A stretch of 61,514 nucleotides of DNA, the filler included. It is 5 parts of 5 records of this genome, joined end to end, with 100 filler letters (N's around TTAATTAATTAA, not from the genome) between each part and the next. Parts side by side here need not be neighbours in the genome. Positions count along the whole stretch, not along the records: positions 1 to 18,799 come from SRR31156797_3759; positions 18,900 to 28,697 come from SRR31156797_3762; 3 more parts are not named here. One strand, 5' to 3'. Below the pieces are notes generated by a model. It saw only the letters and a program-made list of their open reading frames with translations, did not search any database and had not been told where the DNA came from. Within the stretch, counting starts at the first letter, position 1; every line of letters starts with the position of its first letter. Of the stretch, positions 10,837 through 20,889 are shown one piece after another. Made by a program: the position numbers and the translations under genes.

Positions 10837-10892
10837 AATTTTTTTAATCATTCTTATCCTGTTATTCTTTCAAAAGTTTTAAAGGAGTATTA

Positions 10893-12206
10893 ATGGTTAT
10901 TGCAATTAATAATGGTTTTGAAATATCAACATACTTTAATAATGAAGTAATTGATTTAGTAGATTCATATAAATGGTCAATTTGGATGATAGAAGTTCAA
11001 AATTATTCAATTAACACTGTAGAAAGTTTTATGGCTTCTATGAATAGGTTTTGGATTTACAGTTTATATACTTATCCAAAAAAGAATCAAGGTTTTACTG
11101 ATTATTTATCAGGATATCGCAGAGCACTACTTAATGGCTATGAAATATTAGTTAAAAGAGAAAATGAACAATTTGATGAAACTTTATATATAAGTATAAG
11201 TGGATCAATTCCTAAAAAAAAGTCTACTATAAATAAAGAGATAGCAGGAATAAATCTATATTTCAAGTATACAGAAGAATATGATTTAATTACTAATACA
11301 AAGTATATTAATTATTTATATGAAAAACAAAAAAGTTCACATAGTTTTTTAAGTTCTATACAAATAAAAAAATCAAATATGTATTTAAAAACATTTGGGG
11401 AGAAACAAAAATATTTAAAGCCATATAAAATAGTAAAAACAGCTGGAGATGGAATAAAATATTTCCCTTTTGAATTATTTGATAAACTATTAAAAATAAG
11501 TAAGCCAAGAGAAAAATTAATTTACATTTTATGTGGTATTTGTTCTGCACGTTTGGGACAAGCTTTGAATTTGACTTTATATGATTTAGATTATGACAAG
11601 TTAGATGTTTGGCTATTAAACCCTCAATCAGATTCAACAAATGGCATATTTGAAACTTCACGGAGGAAATGGTTATTAGAAAAATATCATATTGATACAA
11701 ATATAACCAACCCTCACAATGGACCTGATTTAAAATTTAAGTATCCAATACCTTTAAATCATAACTCATTGTACTGGTTAGATGAAGATAAATACAAAAA
11801 AATATTTTTCGATACTTTAATTGAATATCAAAAATCAGATACTTATTTATCTGAATTAAAACGTTTTCCTATTCATCCCTTTCTCTTTGTAACAAAAACT
11901 GGACATAGATTAAGAGCACGTTCAGTACAGAAGTCATTCAGTAGAAGTCTTGAAAAACTTCAAAAATATAACAAAAAGTATAATCTTAAATCCCTATCAA
12001 TGCACAGCTTACGTCATATGTTTGGACATGCAATGGCAGAACATTATGTTCAAACTGGTGATGAATCACTAATTTATGTTTGTCAAAATGCTATGGGTCA
12101 TTCTAGTTTAGATTCAACTCTAGTATATTTTAAAATTTCTCCCGAAAGCATTAAAAATAAAATTAAAGAAGTTTCATCAACCTTATACGATTTGAAAGGA
12201 AATTAA
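10893..12206 (+). CDS. tyrosine recombinase (GmtY/IntA-like)
   Basis: Catalytic set present: SARLGQALNL (R), MHSLRH (HxxR), AMGHSS (H), TLVY (Y); AAGGAG RBS. Confidence 0.9.
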   Translation: MVIAINNGFEISTYFNNEVIDLVDSYKWSIWMIEVQNYSINTVESFMASMNRFWIYSLYTYPKKNQGFTDYLSGYRRALLNGYEILVKRENEQFDETLYISISGSIPKKKSTINKEIAGINLYFKYTEEYDLITNTKYINYLYEKQKSSHSFLSSIQIKKSNMYLKTFGEKQKYLKPYKIVKTAGDGIKYFPFELFDKLLKISKPREKLIYILCGICSARLGQALNLTLYDLDYDKLDVWLLNPQSDSTNGIFETSRRKWLLEKYHIDTNITNPHNGPDLKFKYPIPLNHNSLYWLDEDKYKKIFFDTLIEYQKSDTYLSELKRFPIHPFLFVTKTGHRLRARSVQKSFSRSLEKLQKYNKKYNLKSLSMHSLRHMFGHAMAEHYVQTGDESLIYVCQNAMGHSSLDSTLVYFKISPESIKNKIKEVSSTLYDLKGN

Positions 12207-12207
12207 A

Positions 12208-12795
12208 ATGAAAAAAGACAATTTGAAAAATTATAGGGACAAAAGAGTAAAGAAAAATACTCTTTTACTTAAGCGTGCAATTGAACATATTATAAAGTTT
12301 GATGGCACGATTAGTATGTCAACAGTTGCAAAAGTTACGAGAGAAATAGCTAGTTTTGAGAATGGGGAAAAGGGATTAACGCTTTCTGCAATTTCAAAAA
12401 ATAAAAATTACCGTTCTTTAATACAAGAAGCTGAAAATAAAATAAATAATTCGACTAGCAATGTCTTAAATTTAAATATATTATCTCAGGGAGATGCGAG
12501 GTTACAACTACATGGTTTAAGAGTAGAAAATGAAAAAATGAAGGATGAAATTAAAATTTTAAGGCATAAATTGAAAACAACAGAATTTGAAGATAGTTGT
12601 AGCAGTTATAGAAAAATAGTTATAAATGAAGATGAAAATATTGCATTGATATCGATAAAAAACCTAATCAATATCTTAATGGAAGAAGAAATTGCATATT
12701 TAGATAATAAAACTATGGATTTAAAACTAGCAACTTTTGATTCACTTTTACTAAATGGAAAATTAGTAAAAAAATTTTTAGGAGATAAAAAATGA
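12208..12795 (+). CDS. recombinase-associated helical protein (GmtX/Srap/TnpC-like)
   Basis: ISMSTVAKVT..GLTLSAISKNKNYRSLI followed by coiled coil LRVENEKMKDEIKILRHKL; 1-nt gap to the upstream recombinase and 4-nt overlap with the downstream one. Confidence 0.6.
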   Translation: MKKDNLKNYRDKRVKKNTLLLKRAIEHIIKFDGTISMSTVAKVTREIASFENGEKGLTLSAISKNKNYRSLIQEAENKINNSTSNVLNLNILSQGDARLQLHGLRVENEKMKDEIKILRHKLKTTEFEDSCSSYRKIVINEDENIALISIKNLINILMEEEIAYLDNKTMDLKLATFDSLLLNGKLVKKFLGDKK

Positions 12796-15638
12796 TTGTA
12801 GAATATGTAAATAATTTACCAGACTTAAACTTATCGGATTCGTTTATCATTTTAAAGAGTGCTTTCTCAACTTTTACTGAGGATTGGCTAAATTTTCAAG
12901 ATTTACATATAAGTTCATTTTCTAAAAATTTAACGGATAAAAAATTGAAAGGTTTACATCAATATAAACACGGTTCTAGAGCATTTCTATTGCTAGATTT
13001 TTATATTCAAGAATTTGTAGGATTACACGATAGTTTTTTGGTTTTAGAAAGCTTTTTTGATAATGAAAGCTATAAATTTGTTAATAAAATGAATTATTTG
13101 GAATTGATTGAATTATATATTTCAGGAAATAAGTTAAAACTTAAAAATGGATATTCAATAAATTCTATTATAGATAAATTTTTTATATATCAATGGTCTA
13201 ATAATAAACTATTATTTCCTTTAGGAATTTTTTTAAATGGCTTTCAACGAAAAAAAGGTTGGGAAAAGTTTGTAGTTAAAAAAAACACTTTTTTAGAAAA
13301 GTGTATTATAAAATTAAAAAATAAAGGAACATCTTCTACATCTTCTACTGTTAGATATAGTTTTTTGTCTTATATTATAACAGCAACAACTTGGAAAAAC
13401 ATATCACAAATTAATGAAAAGTCATTAATAGAAATTAAAGATTTTTTAACTCAAAAATATAAAGATAATAAAAGACGAAAAGATAGCATTACATTATCAA
13501 TTAATGATATACGTTATCTCCTTATTGATAATGGTAGGGATGACATAGTGCATCCTAATAAATTAAAAAAGAAATTTCAAGAATCATCTGAAGTAAGTTA
13601 TAGTAGATTTGATTGGATTGATATAAACTTATATCCAAATTTTTTACAAATAAAAGATGATATAAAAAAGTATTGTCAAGAACTTAGATCTGAAGGTATT
13701 AAACTTTCATCCATTGATGGTAAACTAGTTTCATTAAATCACTTTTGTAAATTTTTATATAAACATTATAAATCTTCAGAACTTAATGAGAATCTCGTAA
13801 ATAAACTTTATGATGTTAATGATTTTAATTCATTTCATTTTTATTTAAAAAATAAAAAATTAAATAAAGATAGGGAAGTTAATATTTTTAAAGAAACGAG
13901 TCGTTTTTTAGACTTTTTAGGAATTTATACCCAATTCGCTAAAAATAATACTCCAAGATATAAAGGCATTAATAAAACATCATCAAGAAGTGCTATGCCT
14001 AGGGAAATGTTATTACATTTAATAGATATAGTAAAAAATAGACCTCCAAAAAAACCTGTATATTGGGATAAGAATAAGGCAAGTCTTCATTGGTGGAAAC
14101 ATAAGGATGTTTATCCAGTTTTTCCATTAATGGCATTACTTCACTATTATATACCATTACGAGGTGCACAAATACGAAATTTATGTAGAGATATTTCTTT
14201 TAAGATTAATCCTATTACACAAAGGATAGATTCAATTATTATTAATACAGATAAGAATGTTAATAGAAAAGAACTACAAGAAATACCGTGTGTTTGGGAT
14301 GATCTACAAATATTTAAAGAGTTCATCAATTGGCATAAAAAGTATTTCCCTTATTTGCCAAAGGTCAGATATAATAATGATGAAAATTCTGCTTTTAAAG
14401 AGTTTACACCTTTAATGATTATTGATGGTAATAATCAACCCTTAAGTCAACAAACTTATTTTACTTACCATAAAAGAATTTTATCTCAATACCAAATTGA
14501 GATGAATGAAAAGTATAGATTAAATGAAATTGAATTTTGTCCAAAGGTTGCATGGTTTAAAGATGAAAAAAAAGTCTTTTTCAAGAATATTGACGAATTA
14601 AATAACTCTAATGATAATTATCTAAATCTAAATGTTGAAGTTGCATATGATGTTCATTCCATTCGAGTAACTGGAATTACTAGATATCTAGATGCCGGAT
14701 TGGGATTACATTTAATTACACTACTCAGTGGACATACAGACTTAAATACAATTATTAGAGTTTATGTCAAGCTCACAAAAGAAGAACAAATGAAAAAGTT
14801 AAAAAGCTCCATTAATGGTTTGTTTTTTGGTGAGAAAAAAACATTAGAAAAAAATTTAAAAGAATTTGTATTTGATGAATTGTCCTCAAATGTACCTAGT
14901 TCTACTAATAATCATTATGGAAAAAAAATAGAAGCATTAGTAGAAGAAAATTCTCTTTTTTCATTACATAGAAAAGATACTTTTGCTAATAAATCTAAAA
15001 ATGTATTTGAAATAGGCACAGAAATTGCGAAAAAGATACATCCCTCTTTGTGGCAGACGCATATTTTTGGGATATGTCCAGGTGTTTTATGTGAAAGTGG
15101 ACGAGAAAGAAAATGTAGTTTATGTCCATATTTAATAACAGGAAAACTGTTTATGCATGGAGTGATTCATCAGACAAATTTAACTTTCGCTAAATTTTAT
15201 AGACTTAATAAAGAAATGCAAGAAGAAAAGGAAAAAGGATATAACTCTTATGCAAAGGCACAAGAATTGGAAATTATAATGGAAGAAATATTAGGTTGGT
15301 CAGAAATTTTAAATAAGATTGAAAAAAATCTTTCATTGGATACTAATAGTCTAGGAACTCTAAATAAATCTATTTTTACCTATGATTCTCAAGATGAGAC
15401 AATAGCCTACCTTGAAAATGCATATGATGCAAAAGCCTTGGGTGTTGAACATGACAATTTTGGATTAAAGGTTCTAACTATAAAAGCGGCAAAACTATTA
15501 GCAGTGAATGGAGAAATAGGAAAATGTTTAAAATTTTTAGATTCAAATGAACAAACAATAGATTTTTTACTTTCTTATTATAAAAAGGATAAAAAAATAT
15601 CATTAATTAGTGGAGTATCAGAACTGATTGAAAAGTAA
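12792..15638 (+). CDS. large tyrosine recombinase (GmtZ/VPA1269/IntB-like)
   Basis: PLRGAQIRNL (R), INTDK (K), VHSIRVTGIT (HxxR), LSGH, RVY (Y), then Cys cluster CPGVLC..CSLCPYLITG and a helical tail; ATGA overlap with the upstream gene. Confidence 0.82.
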   Translation: MIVEYVNNLPDLNLSDSFIILKSAFSTFTEDWLNFQDLHISSFSKNLTDKKLKGLHQYKHGSRAFLLLDFYIQEFVGLHDSFLVLESFFDNESYKFVNKMNYLELIELYISGNKLKLKNGYSINSIIDKFFIYQWSNNKLLFPLGIFLNGFQRKKGWEKFVVKKNTFLEKCIIKLKNKGTSSTSSTVRYSFLSYIITATTWKNISQINEKSLIEIKDFLTQKYKDNKRRKDSITLSINDIRYLLIDNGRDDIVHPNKLKKKFQESSEVSYSRFDWIDINLYPNFLQIKDDIKKYCQELRSEGIKLSSIDGKLVSLNHFCKFLYKHYKSSELNENLVNKLYDVNDFNSFHFYLKNKKLNKDREVNIFKETSRFLDFLGIYTQFAKNNTPRYKGINKTSSRSAMPREMLLHLIDIVKNRPPKKPVYWDKNKASLHWWKHKDVYPVFPLMALLHYYIPLRGAQIRNLCRDISFKINPITQRIDSIIINTDKNVNRKELQEIPCVWDDLQIFKEFINWHKKYFPYLPKVRYNNDENSAFKEFTPLMIIDGNNQPLSQQTYFTYHKRILSQYQIEMNEKYRLNEIEFCPKVAWFKDEKKVFFKNIDELNNSNDNYLNLNVEVAYDVHSIRVTGITRYLDAGLGLHLITLLSGHTDLNTIIRVYVKLTKEEQMKKLKSSINGLFFGEKKTLEKNLKEFVFDELSSNVPSSTNNHYGKKIEALVEENSLFSLHRKDTFANKSKNVFEIGTEIAKKIHPSLWQTHIFGICPGVLCESGRERKCSLCPYLITGKLFMHGVIHQTNLTFAKFYRLNKEMQEEKEKGYNSYAKAQELEIIMEEILGWSEILNKIEKNLSLDTNSLGTLNKSIFTYDSQDETIAYLENAYDAKALGVEHDNFGLKVLTIKAAKLLAVNGEIGKCLKFLDSNEQTIDFLLSYYKKDKKISLISGVSELIEK

Positions 15639-15693
15639 ATATAAATTGAGTATTATTGGATAAAACAATTATTTAAGATTATAGGAATATATA

Positions 15694-16458
15694 TTGGAAG
15701 AATTTGTAGAATTAGAGCCTAATTTAGAAGAAATTGTGCTAAGGTTAGAAAAGCTAGTAATATCTTCAGAAAAAGAAATTTATGGTAAAAGGCAAGATGT
15801 TGCTGAGGCATTAGGTATGAGTGCATCAAATCTTAGCCAGGCAATTAAACGGAACTCAATTCCTTATTCAAAACTATATACTTTTTCAAGAACTAATAAT
15901 ATATCATTAGATTGGATACTTGATGGAATTAACTTAGAAATTATATTAAAAAAACATCAGTTACATCATTTTGAAATTTTAGTTACACAAAATAAAGGAA
16001 AAATTTTTGAACTAATGTGTTTAGATATCGATGAACGATTACATCAGATTAAACTTATTTCTGAAGATTTAAATAATAAAGATGGGTTAATGAGTAAAGC
16101 TGTAATACCATTAAGCAGTTTTAATAGTATTTCATTAGTTAGTTTAACTATATCAAAGTTGGAAAGTATAGGAATGAATGTTGTTATTTCAAAATATCCT
16201 GAAGATATAGGAAACTATAAACCTTTCTGGACAAAAAAAATTTATGAGTGTATTATTGATAAGAAAGTATATAGAATTATACACTGTGAAAATTTCAATG
16301 TTGCTTCTAACTATATAGGTGCAGCGTTGGGGGGAGGCACTAATGAAGAAGAAAAATTTAGATGGAAGTGTTATGATTTATTTGACGAATCATCAGAAGA
16401 AATAGTTTTAATCATGGCAAAAAGGTTTGCTGAAGATTCGGTGTTTAAGTATGAATAG
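15694..16458 (+). CDS. phage CI-type HTH repressor domain fused to an unknown C-terminal domain
   Basis: RQDVAEALGMSASNLSQAIKRNSIPY..NNISLDWILDG matches the Phage_CI_repr pattern; no S24 peptidase motif seen. Confidence 0.72.
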   Translation: MEEFVELEPNLEEIVLRLEKLVISSEKEIYGKRQDVAEALGMSASNLSQAIKRNSIPYSKLYTFSRTNNISLDWILDGINLEIILKKHQLHHFEILVTQNKGKIFELMCLDIDERLHQIKLISEDLNNKDGLMSKAVIPLSSFNSISLVSLTISKLESIGMNVVISKYPEDIGNYKPFWTKKIYECIIDKKVYRIIHCENFNVASNYIGAALGGGTNEEEKFRWKCYDLFDESSEEIVLIMAKRFAEDSVFKYE

Positions 16459-16515
16459 TTATTGATCTAAATATATTTCATTAATTAAAATCTTTTTATT
16501 AGCAAAATATTAAAT

Positions 16516-16549
16516 AAAAAAGTTAACGCAAGAAGAGTTAACTTTTTTT
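16516..16549. terminator. bidirectional intrinsic terminator
   Basis: AAAAAAGTTAAC-gcaagaaga-GTTAACTTTTTTT between convergent genes. Confidence 0.65.
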
Positions 16550-16559
16550 GTTTTAAAAT

Positions 16560-16940
16560 CTATAATAAGCTAAGAAGAAAAGGTTCAATATTATTTTTAT
16601 TATAAATTTTATAGTTTTTAGGTTTAAGTTTTTTAAGAAACAAAAATATAACTTCAAAAAAATCAAGATTGGGGGTTTGTATAGATATTCTCTTAATTTT
16701 TGTACCGGTCTCTTTTTTAATATCAATATGAATTATATTTCTTATATTAATTTCAAATTGAATAATAGAGCTATGCTTATAAATACTAAAAATAAAAAAA
16801 TCATTGAAAATATTTTTAGATTCTAAATTATTTTCAAAAAGTAAATCAGAGAAATGTCCTTCAATTAATGTTGTTGTTTTTTCTATTTCAGAGTGTTCGA
16901 TTAAAGCTTCTAATAAGTTTTGCTCTTTTGTTTTTTTCAT
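16560..16940 (-). CDS. hypothetical protein
   Basis: 126-aa ORF with AAGGAT RBS, ending at the shared terminator. Confidence 0.6.
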   Translation of the reverse strand: MKKTKEQNLLEALIEHSEIEKTTTLIEGHFSDLLFENNLESKNIFNDFFIFSIYKHSSIIQFEINIRNIIHIDIKKETGTKIKRISIQTPNLDFFEVIFLFLKKLKPKNYKIYNKNNIEPFLLSLL

Positions 16941-17067
16941 TTTATATCCTTTTAATAGTTTAGTGTTTTTTTATAATTTTTTTTTCAAATTAAGTTGATT
17001 TCTTGAAAATATTGAAATAATAGACTTTATAAATATTCAAGTTAATATTCATGGCATAGAAAAGTTT

Positions 17068-18351
17068 AAAAAAGCAGGTACGCACTTTGATTTGCCAATA
17101 TCTTTATTGATATGTTTATATGAAGAAAAGAAAGTCAGCTTTGAGAATTTTCATATCTTTGGTGAATTATCTTTAAATGGTGAAATAAAAGATAGCTTTT
17201 CAATATTTCCTATAATATTGTCATTGAAAAAACAGAATAAGATAACAAATGTTTTAGTTTGTGAAGAAACAGCTAAAAAAATATCAAAAATACCAAATAT
17301 AAATATTTATAGTGTTAAAAATCTAAATGAAGCAATAGAGTTTTTTAAAAATGACGAGAAGAAAAAATATCTATTTAAAACCCAAAATCTTAATTCAAAT
17401 AAAATAAAAATCAACAATAAAGATTTTTATTACACTTGTGAGTATCCTTTGGATTTTTTAGATATAAAAGGTCAAGTTAATGCAAAAAGAGCAGCACTTA
17501 TAGCAGCTGCAGGCAATCACAACATAATCTACGAGGGAAGCCCTGGATGTGGTAAATCAATGATTGCAAAAAGATTGCCTTATATAATGGCTCCCATGAG
17601 TTTGGAAGAGATTTTAGAAGTTGCCAAGCTTCAAGCTCTAAATCTAAAAGAACCAGACTTTAAACCAGTAAGAGTACATCGTACTCCACATTGTACTAGT
17701 ACAAAAGCTTCAATCTTAGGAGGAAATAGTTTAGGAGAAGTTGCCTTAGCAAATAATGGGATGCTATTTTTCGATGAGTTACCGCACTTTAGTTCATCTA
17801 TACTAGAGGCATTGAGAGAACCTTTACAAGACAATAAACTTCTAGTGAGTCGTGCAAGTAGTAAAATAATCTATGATACGAAGTTTTTATTTATAGCTGC
17901 AATGAACCCATGTCCATGTGGAAATCAGTTACTTACAACAAAATCTTGTAGATGTAATGAACTAGAAATAAAAAGGTATAAGTCAAGATTATCAGAACCC
18001 TTTCTTGATAGAGTTGATTTATATGTTGTGATGAATGAATCAAATATAAAAGATAAAGTAGGTTTATCCTCAAAACAGATTCATGAAAATGTGATTGAAG
18101 CTTTTAAGATGCAAGTTTTAAGAGGTCAAGATGAATTAAATGGAAAGTTAGATGATGAAAAAATAAAAGAGTTTTGTATTTTGAATAAAGAATCAGAAGA
18201 GTTATTAGAACTAGCTTCACAAAATTTTGATTTGTCTTTTAGAAGTATAAATAAAGTACTAAAAGTATCTAGAACAATTGCGGATATTGAAGGTTTTGAA
18301 AAGATACAAAAGCAACATTTAATTGAAGCTTTAAGTTATAGAAGAAGATAA
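17068..18351 (+). pseudogene. comM: ComM/YifB Mg-chelatase-like AAA+ ATPase, 5'-truncated
   Basis: Frame reads KKAGTHFDLPI from 17068, then GELSLNGEI, IKGQVNAKRAALIAAAGNHN, GSPGCGKS, FFDELPHF, AAMNPCPCG, LSEPFLDRVD, EALSYR. An in-frame TGA at 16996-16998 leaves no room for the normal N-terminal ~60 residues. Confidence 0.88.
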
Positions 18352-18469
18352 GTTCTTTTCTTTTTTTATCAATCTAAAGATTATTAGTTGACACAAGTCA
18401 ATGATAAAAATTATTAATATGGATATCATTTCTTAATTTAAGTAATTGCAGTGAAATGGTAGGTAAAAG

Positions 18470-18799
18470 TTGAAGAAGTTTTTTAAACAATTTAAAAAAG
18501 TTAATACAGAGCCACTTGAGCGTTCAAATATAATATGGTCTTGGATTGGTTCTTTTATAGGAATAATGAGTATTACTTTATTACATAGAAATGTATTGGG
18601 TGATTTCGATTTAGGTTTAGTAATAGGTTCTTTTGGTGCAAGTGCTGTATTAGTTTATGGTGCTATCAATTCTCCTTTAGCACAACCACGAAACCTTATA
18701 GGTGGGCACATATTGTCTGCATTAGTTGGAGTAGTTTCTTTTAAACTTTTTTCAGAAAATCTTCTTTTGTGTTCAGCTTTTGCTGTTGCAACATCTATT
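18470..18799 (+). CDS. HPP family membrane protein (partial, contig end)
   Basis: IGSFGASAVLVYGAINSPLAQPRNLIGGH motif. Confidence 0.9.
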
Positions 18800-18899
18800 N
18801 NNNNNNNNNNNNNNNNNNNNNNNNNNNNNNNNNNNNNNNNNNNTTAATTAATTAANNNNNNNNNNNNNNNNNNNNNNNNNNNNNNNNNNNNNNNNNNNN
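18800..18899. other. artificial contig spacer
   Basis: N-run + TTAATTAATTAA (stops in six frames) + N-run; composition and taxonomy change across it. Confidence 0.98.
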
Positions 18900-19087
18900 A
18901 CAATACTACAACAACAACATAGATCTTAGCAAATTTGCCGGAATACTTACAGCCCTTGCAACTGCAATGCTGGTGTACTATTCCTTCATGGCATGATCTG
19001 TGATCTGCCATGAGGCGTTTTTAATTATTCTTTTCCTCCTACACCAATGTTCCATTCTTTTTAATATTTTAAGCCTATTAGAGTTCA

Positions 19088-19684
19088 TTAGATCTCATCA
19101 TCTGAAAGACCATAGAATTTCCTGTAGTCCTCAATTGCTTTTCTGGCCTGTTTCGGATATCTTTCAAGCATGCATTTCAGGAATTCATCCCTTGAAGTGA
19201 AATCCTTCATCCTGCTGATGAGTTTTGTAGCATATTCTTTTGAAAGAGCGTTCCCTTTCTGTATCTCGAATGTCAGGCAGAGGGCATCCTGTGGGAAATA
19301 CTTCTTGCGGATGTATGGTGCCACAGAACCCAGAAGCACATCATGGTCAAGCCTGCTAAATGCCGGTACACCGATACGCTGCAATCTTTCAGTCCCTGTG
19401 AGTTTCTCTAGATTCTCCGCAGAATAGGAATGGATCTCGATATACACATCAGGCCTGAGCTCTTCCACAGCCTCTATGATAGCTGTGCCGATCTCAGTGA
19501 AGTAACTGTCATCGAGTGTCGAGATGTAGTTGCCTTTGTTCACAAGAGGGATCACTGCAAGGGTCCCCTTCTTCGGAGCCTCGATGTTCTCAAGGATATC
19601 GGACGTATCCTTCCATTCCTCACCGTGCAGACCTGCCACGAACAACCTGACGGGCTCACCTTCTCCAAGTATCCTGTATGACAT
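19088..19684 (-). CDS. DUF2119-like archaeal zinc-hydrolase-fold protein
   Basis: RLFVAGLHGEEW, YISTLD..Y, YIEIHSYS, GSVAPYIR, CLTFEI. Confidence 0.75.
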   Translation of the reverse strand: MSYRILGEGEPVRLFVAGLHGEEWKDTSDILENIEAPKKGTLAVIPLVNKGNYISTLDDSYFTEIGTAIIEAVEELRPDVYIEIHSYSAENLEKLTGTERLQRIGVPAFSRLDHDVLLGSVAPYIRKKYFPQDALCLTFEIQKGNALSKEYATKLISRMKDFTSRDEFLKCMLERYPKQARKAIEDYRKFYGLSDDEI

Positions 19685-19730
19685 GTTTCTCTGAATCCAC
19701 CATTATCTGCTCTTGTCTTTATGGTTCATC

Positions 19731-20405
19731 CTAATCCTTATCGGAATGCCCAATCTTCTGCGCAATGATGTAGATCTCCTGCCTATCCGAATCCAGAACA
19801 TCAAGTATCTTTACTTTCATGGACTCTACTTTAGCAAGTATGGGTTTACTGTTCTTCTCCTTTCCCATCTTGACGACCTGAAGCAATTTCCCATTATTCT
19901 TCAACAGCGGCAGCACCCTCTCAAGAGCAGCCAGGGAGTCCATTGGCTCAAGGGTCATATCGCTGAGAATAACATCCACCTTTTCCGGTACCATCTCTTC
20001 AAGAGGTATCTGGAACACGTCTCCGAACATCACAGAGACATTATCCTTTTCCTGAACCACTTTCCCGAGCTCTTCGTCAAAATCCCTGCTGAACTCCACG
20101 CCCTTGACGGATGACGCGAGCTCGGATGCCATCAAAAGAAAACCCCCGGCACTGGAACCCAGATCCAGCACGCAGTCACCCGGAGATATCACACCTGTCT
20201 CATCCTGTATCCTCTTGAGCTTGAAGTATCCCCTGGGCATATCAAGCCCTTCGTCCACATCGATATCAGAATCCGCACCAATGTCCTTTGAAGGCTTTTT
20301 AATAACGGTGCCATCGACCCTGACACTTCCGTTGAGTATGGCTGTCTTGGCCCTTCCCCGTGACTTGAAATATTCCATTTCCACAAGGTATGCATCCAGT
20401 CTCAT
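19731..20405 (-). CDS. TlyA-like rRNA methyltransferase (S4 + FtsJ domains)
   Basis: MRLDAYLV..SRGRAK..I..G.V.VDG (S4); RGYFKL, VLDLGSSAGGF, VILSDMT. Confidence 0.85.
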   Translation of the reverse strand: MRLDAYLVEMEYFKSRGRAKTAILNGSVRVDGTVIKKPSKDIGADSDIDVDEGLDMPRGYFKLKRIQDETGVISPGDCVLDLGSSAGGFLLMASELASSVKGVEFSRDFDEELGKVVQEKDNVSVMFGDVFQIPLEEMVPEKVDVILSDMTLEPMDSLAALERVLPLLKNNGKLLQVVKMGKEKNSKPILAKVESMKVKILDVLDSDRQEIYIIAQKIGHSDKD

Positions 20406-20455
20406 GGTTCAAATAATACGGAACTGTAGTATTTATAGTATCAACATGTGAGCAC

Positions 20456-20512
20456 TGTAGAAATCAATAAATTAGGTTAATCGTAAGCCATGAAGAACTT
20501 AAACCATCCCGA
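20456..20512 (+). repeat. left 57-bp imperfect inverted repeat
   Basis: TGTAGAAATCAATAAATTAGGTTAATCGTAAGCCATGAAGAACTTAAACCATCCCGA; 48/57 identical to the reverse complement of 22291-22347. Confidence 0.85.
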
Positions 20513-20889
20513 AGGGCACGGCGAAGCCGGCACAATCCGAAAAGATGGATAAGATAGTCTGTGTCTTCAACTCTTTTGTTTCTTACCGCACATAAGCATC
20601 TACAATTTCCTCAAAATCATAGATGAAAACCATTCCTGGGCCGGTTGGAGGGTCTGTTATATACTCCGACTCCCATTGAGGATGAGAGCACCGTCGTGCT
20701 TATTTGCATCTCTTATTCTTTTAGACTAAATACCTGATGTTGGCCTATTGTAAAAACACTATCAATAGAATAAGTCTAATTAGCAATTAGAATATGTTTG
20801 GTGAAACTATAACTGATAATTAGAGTAAATAGAACTAAATTCTAATTGGCAATGATAATGTATATAAGGGACAGAACCAATCTGCTACT

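Larger units (their letters stand above)
10893..17067. mobile_element. recombination module and right-hand end of an integrative island inserted in comM (island probably extends left to the contig edge)
   Basis: Dual tyrosine recombinase operon plus repressor abuts a comM lacking its N-terminus; defence-like cargo and an IS remnant lie to the left. The other junction is not in the window. Confidence 0.75.
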
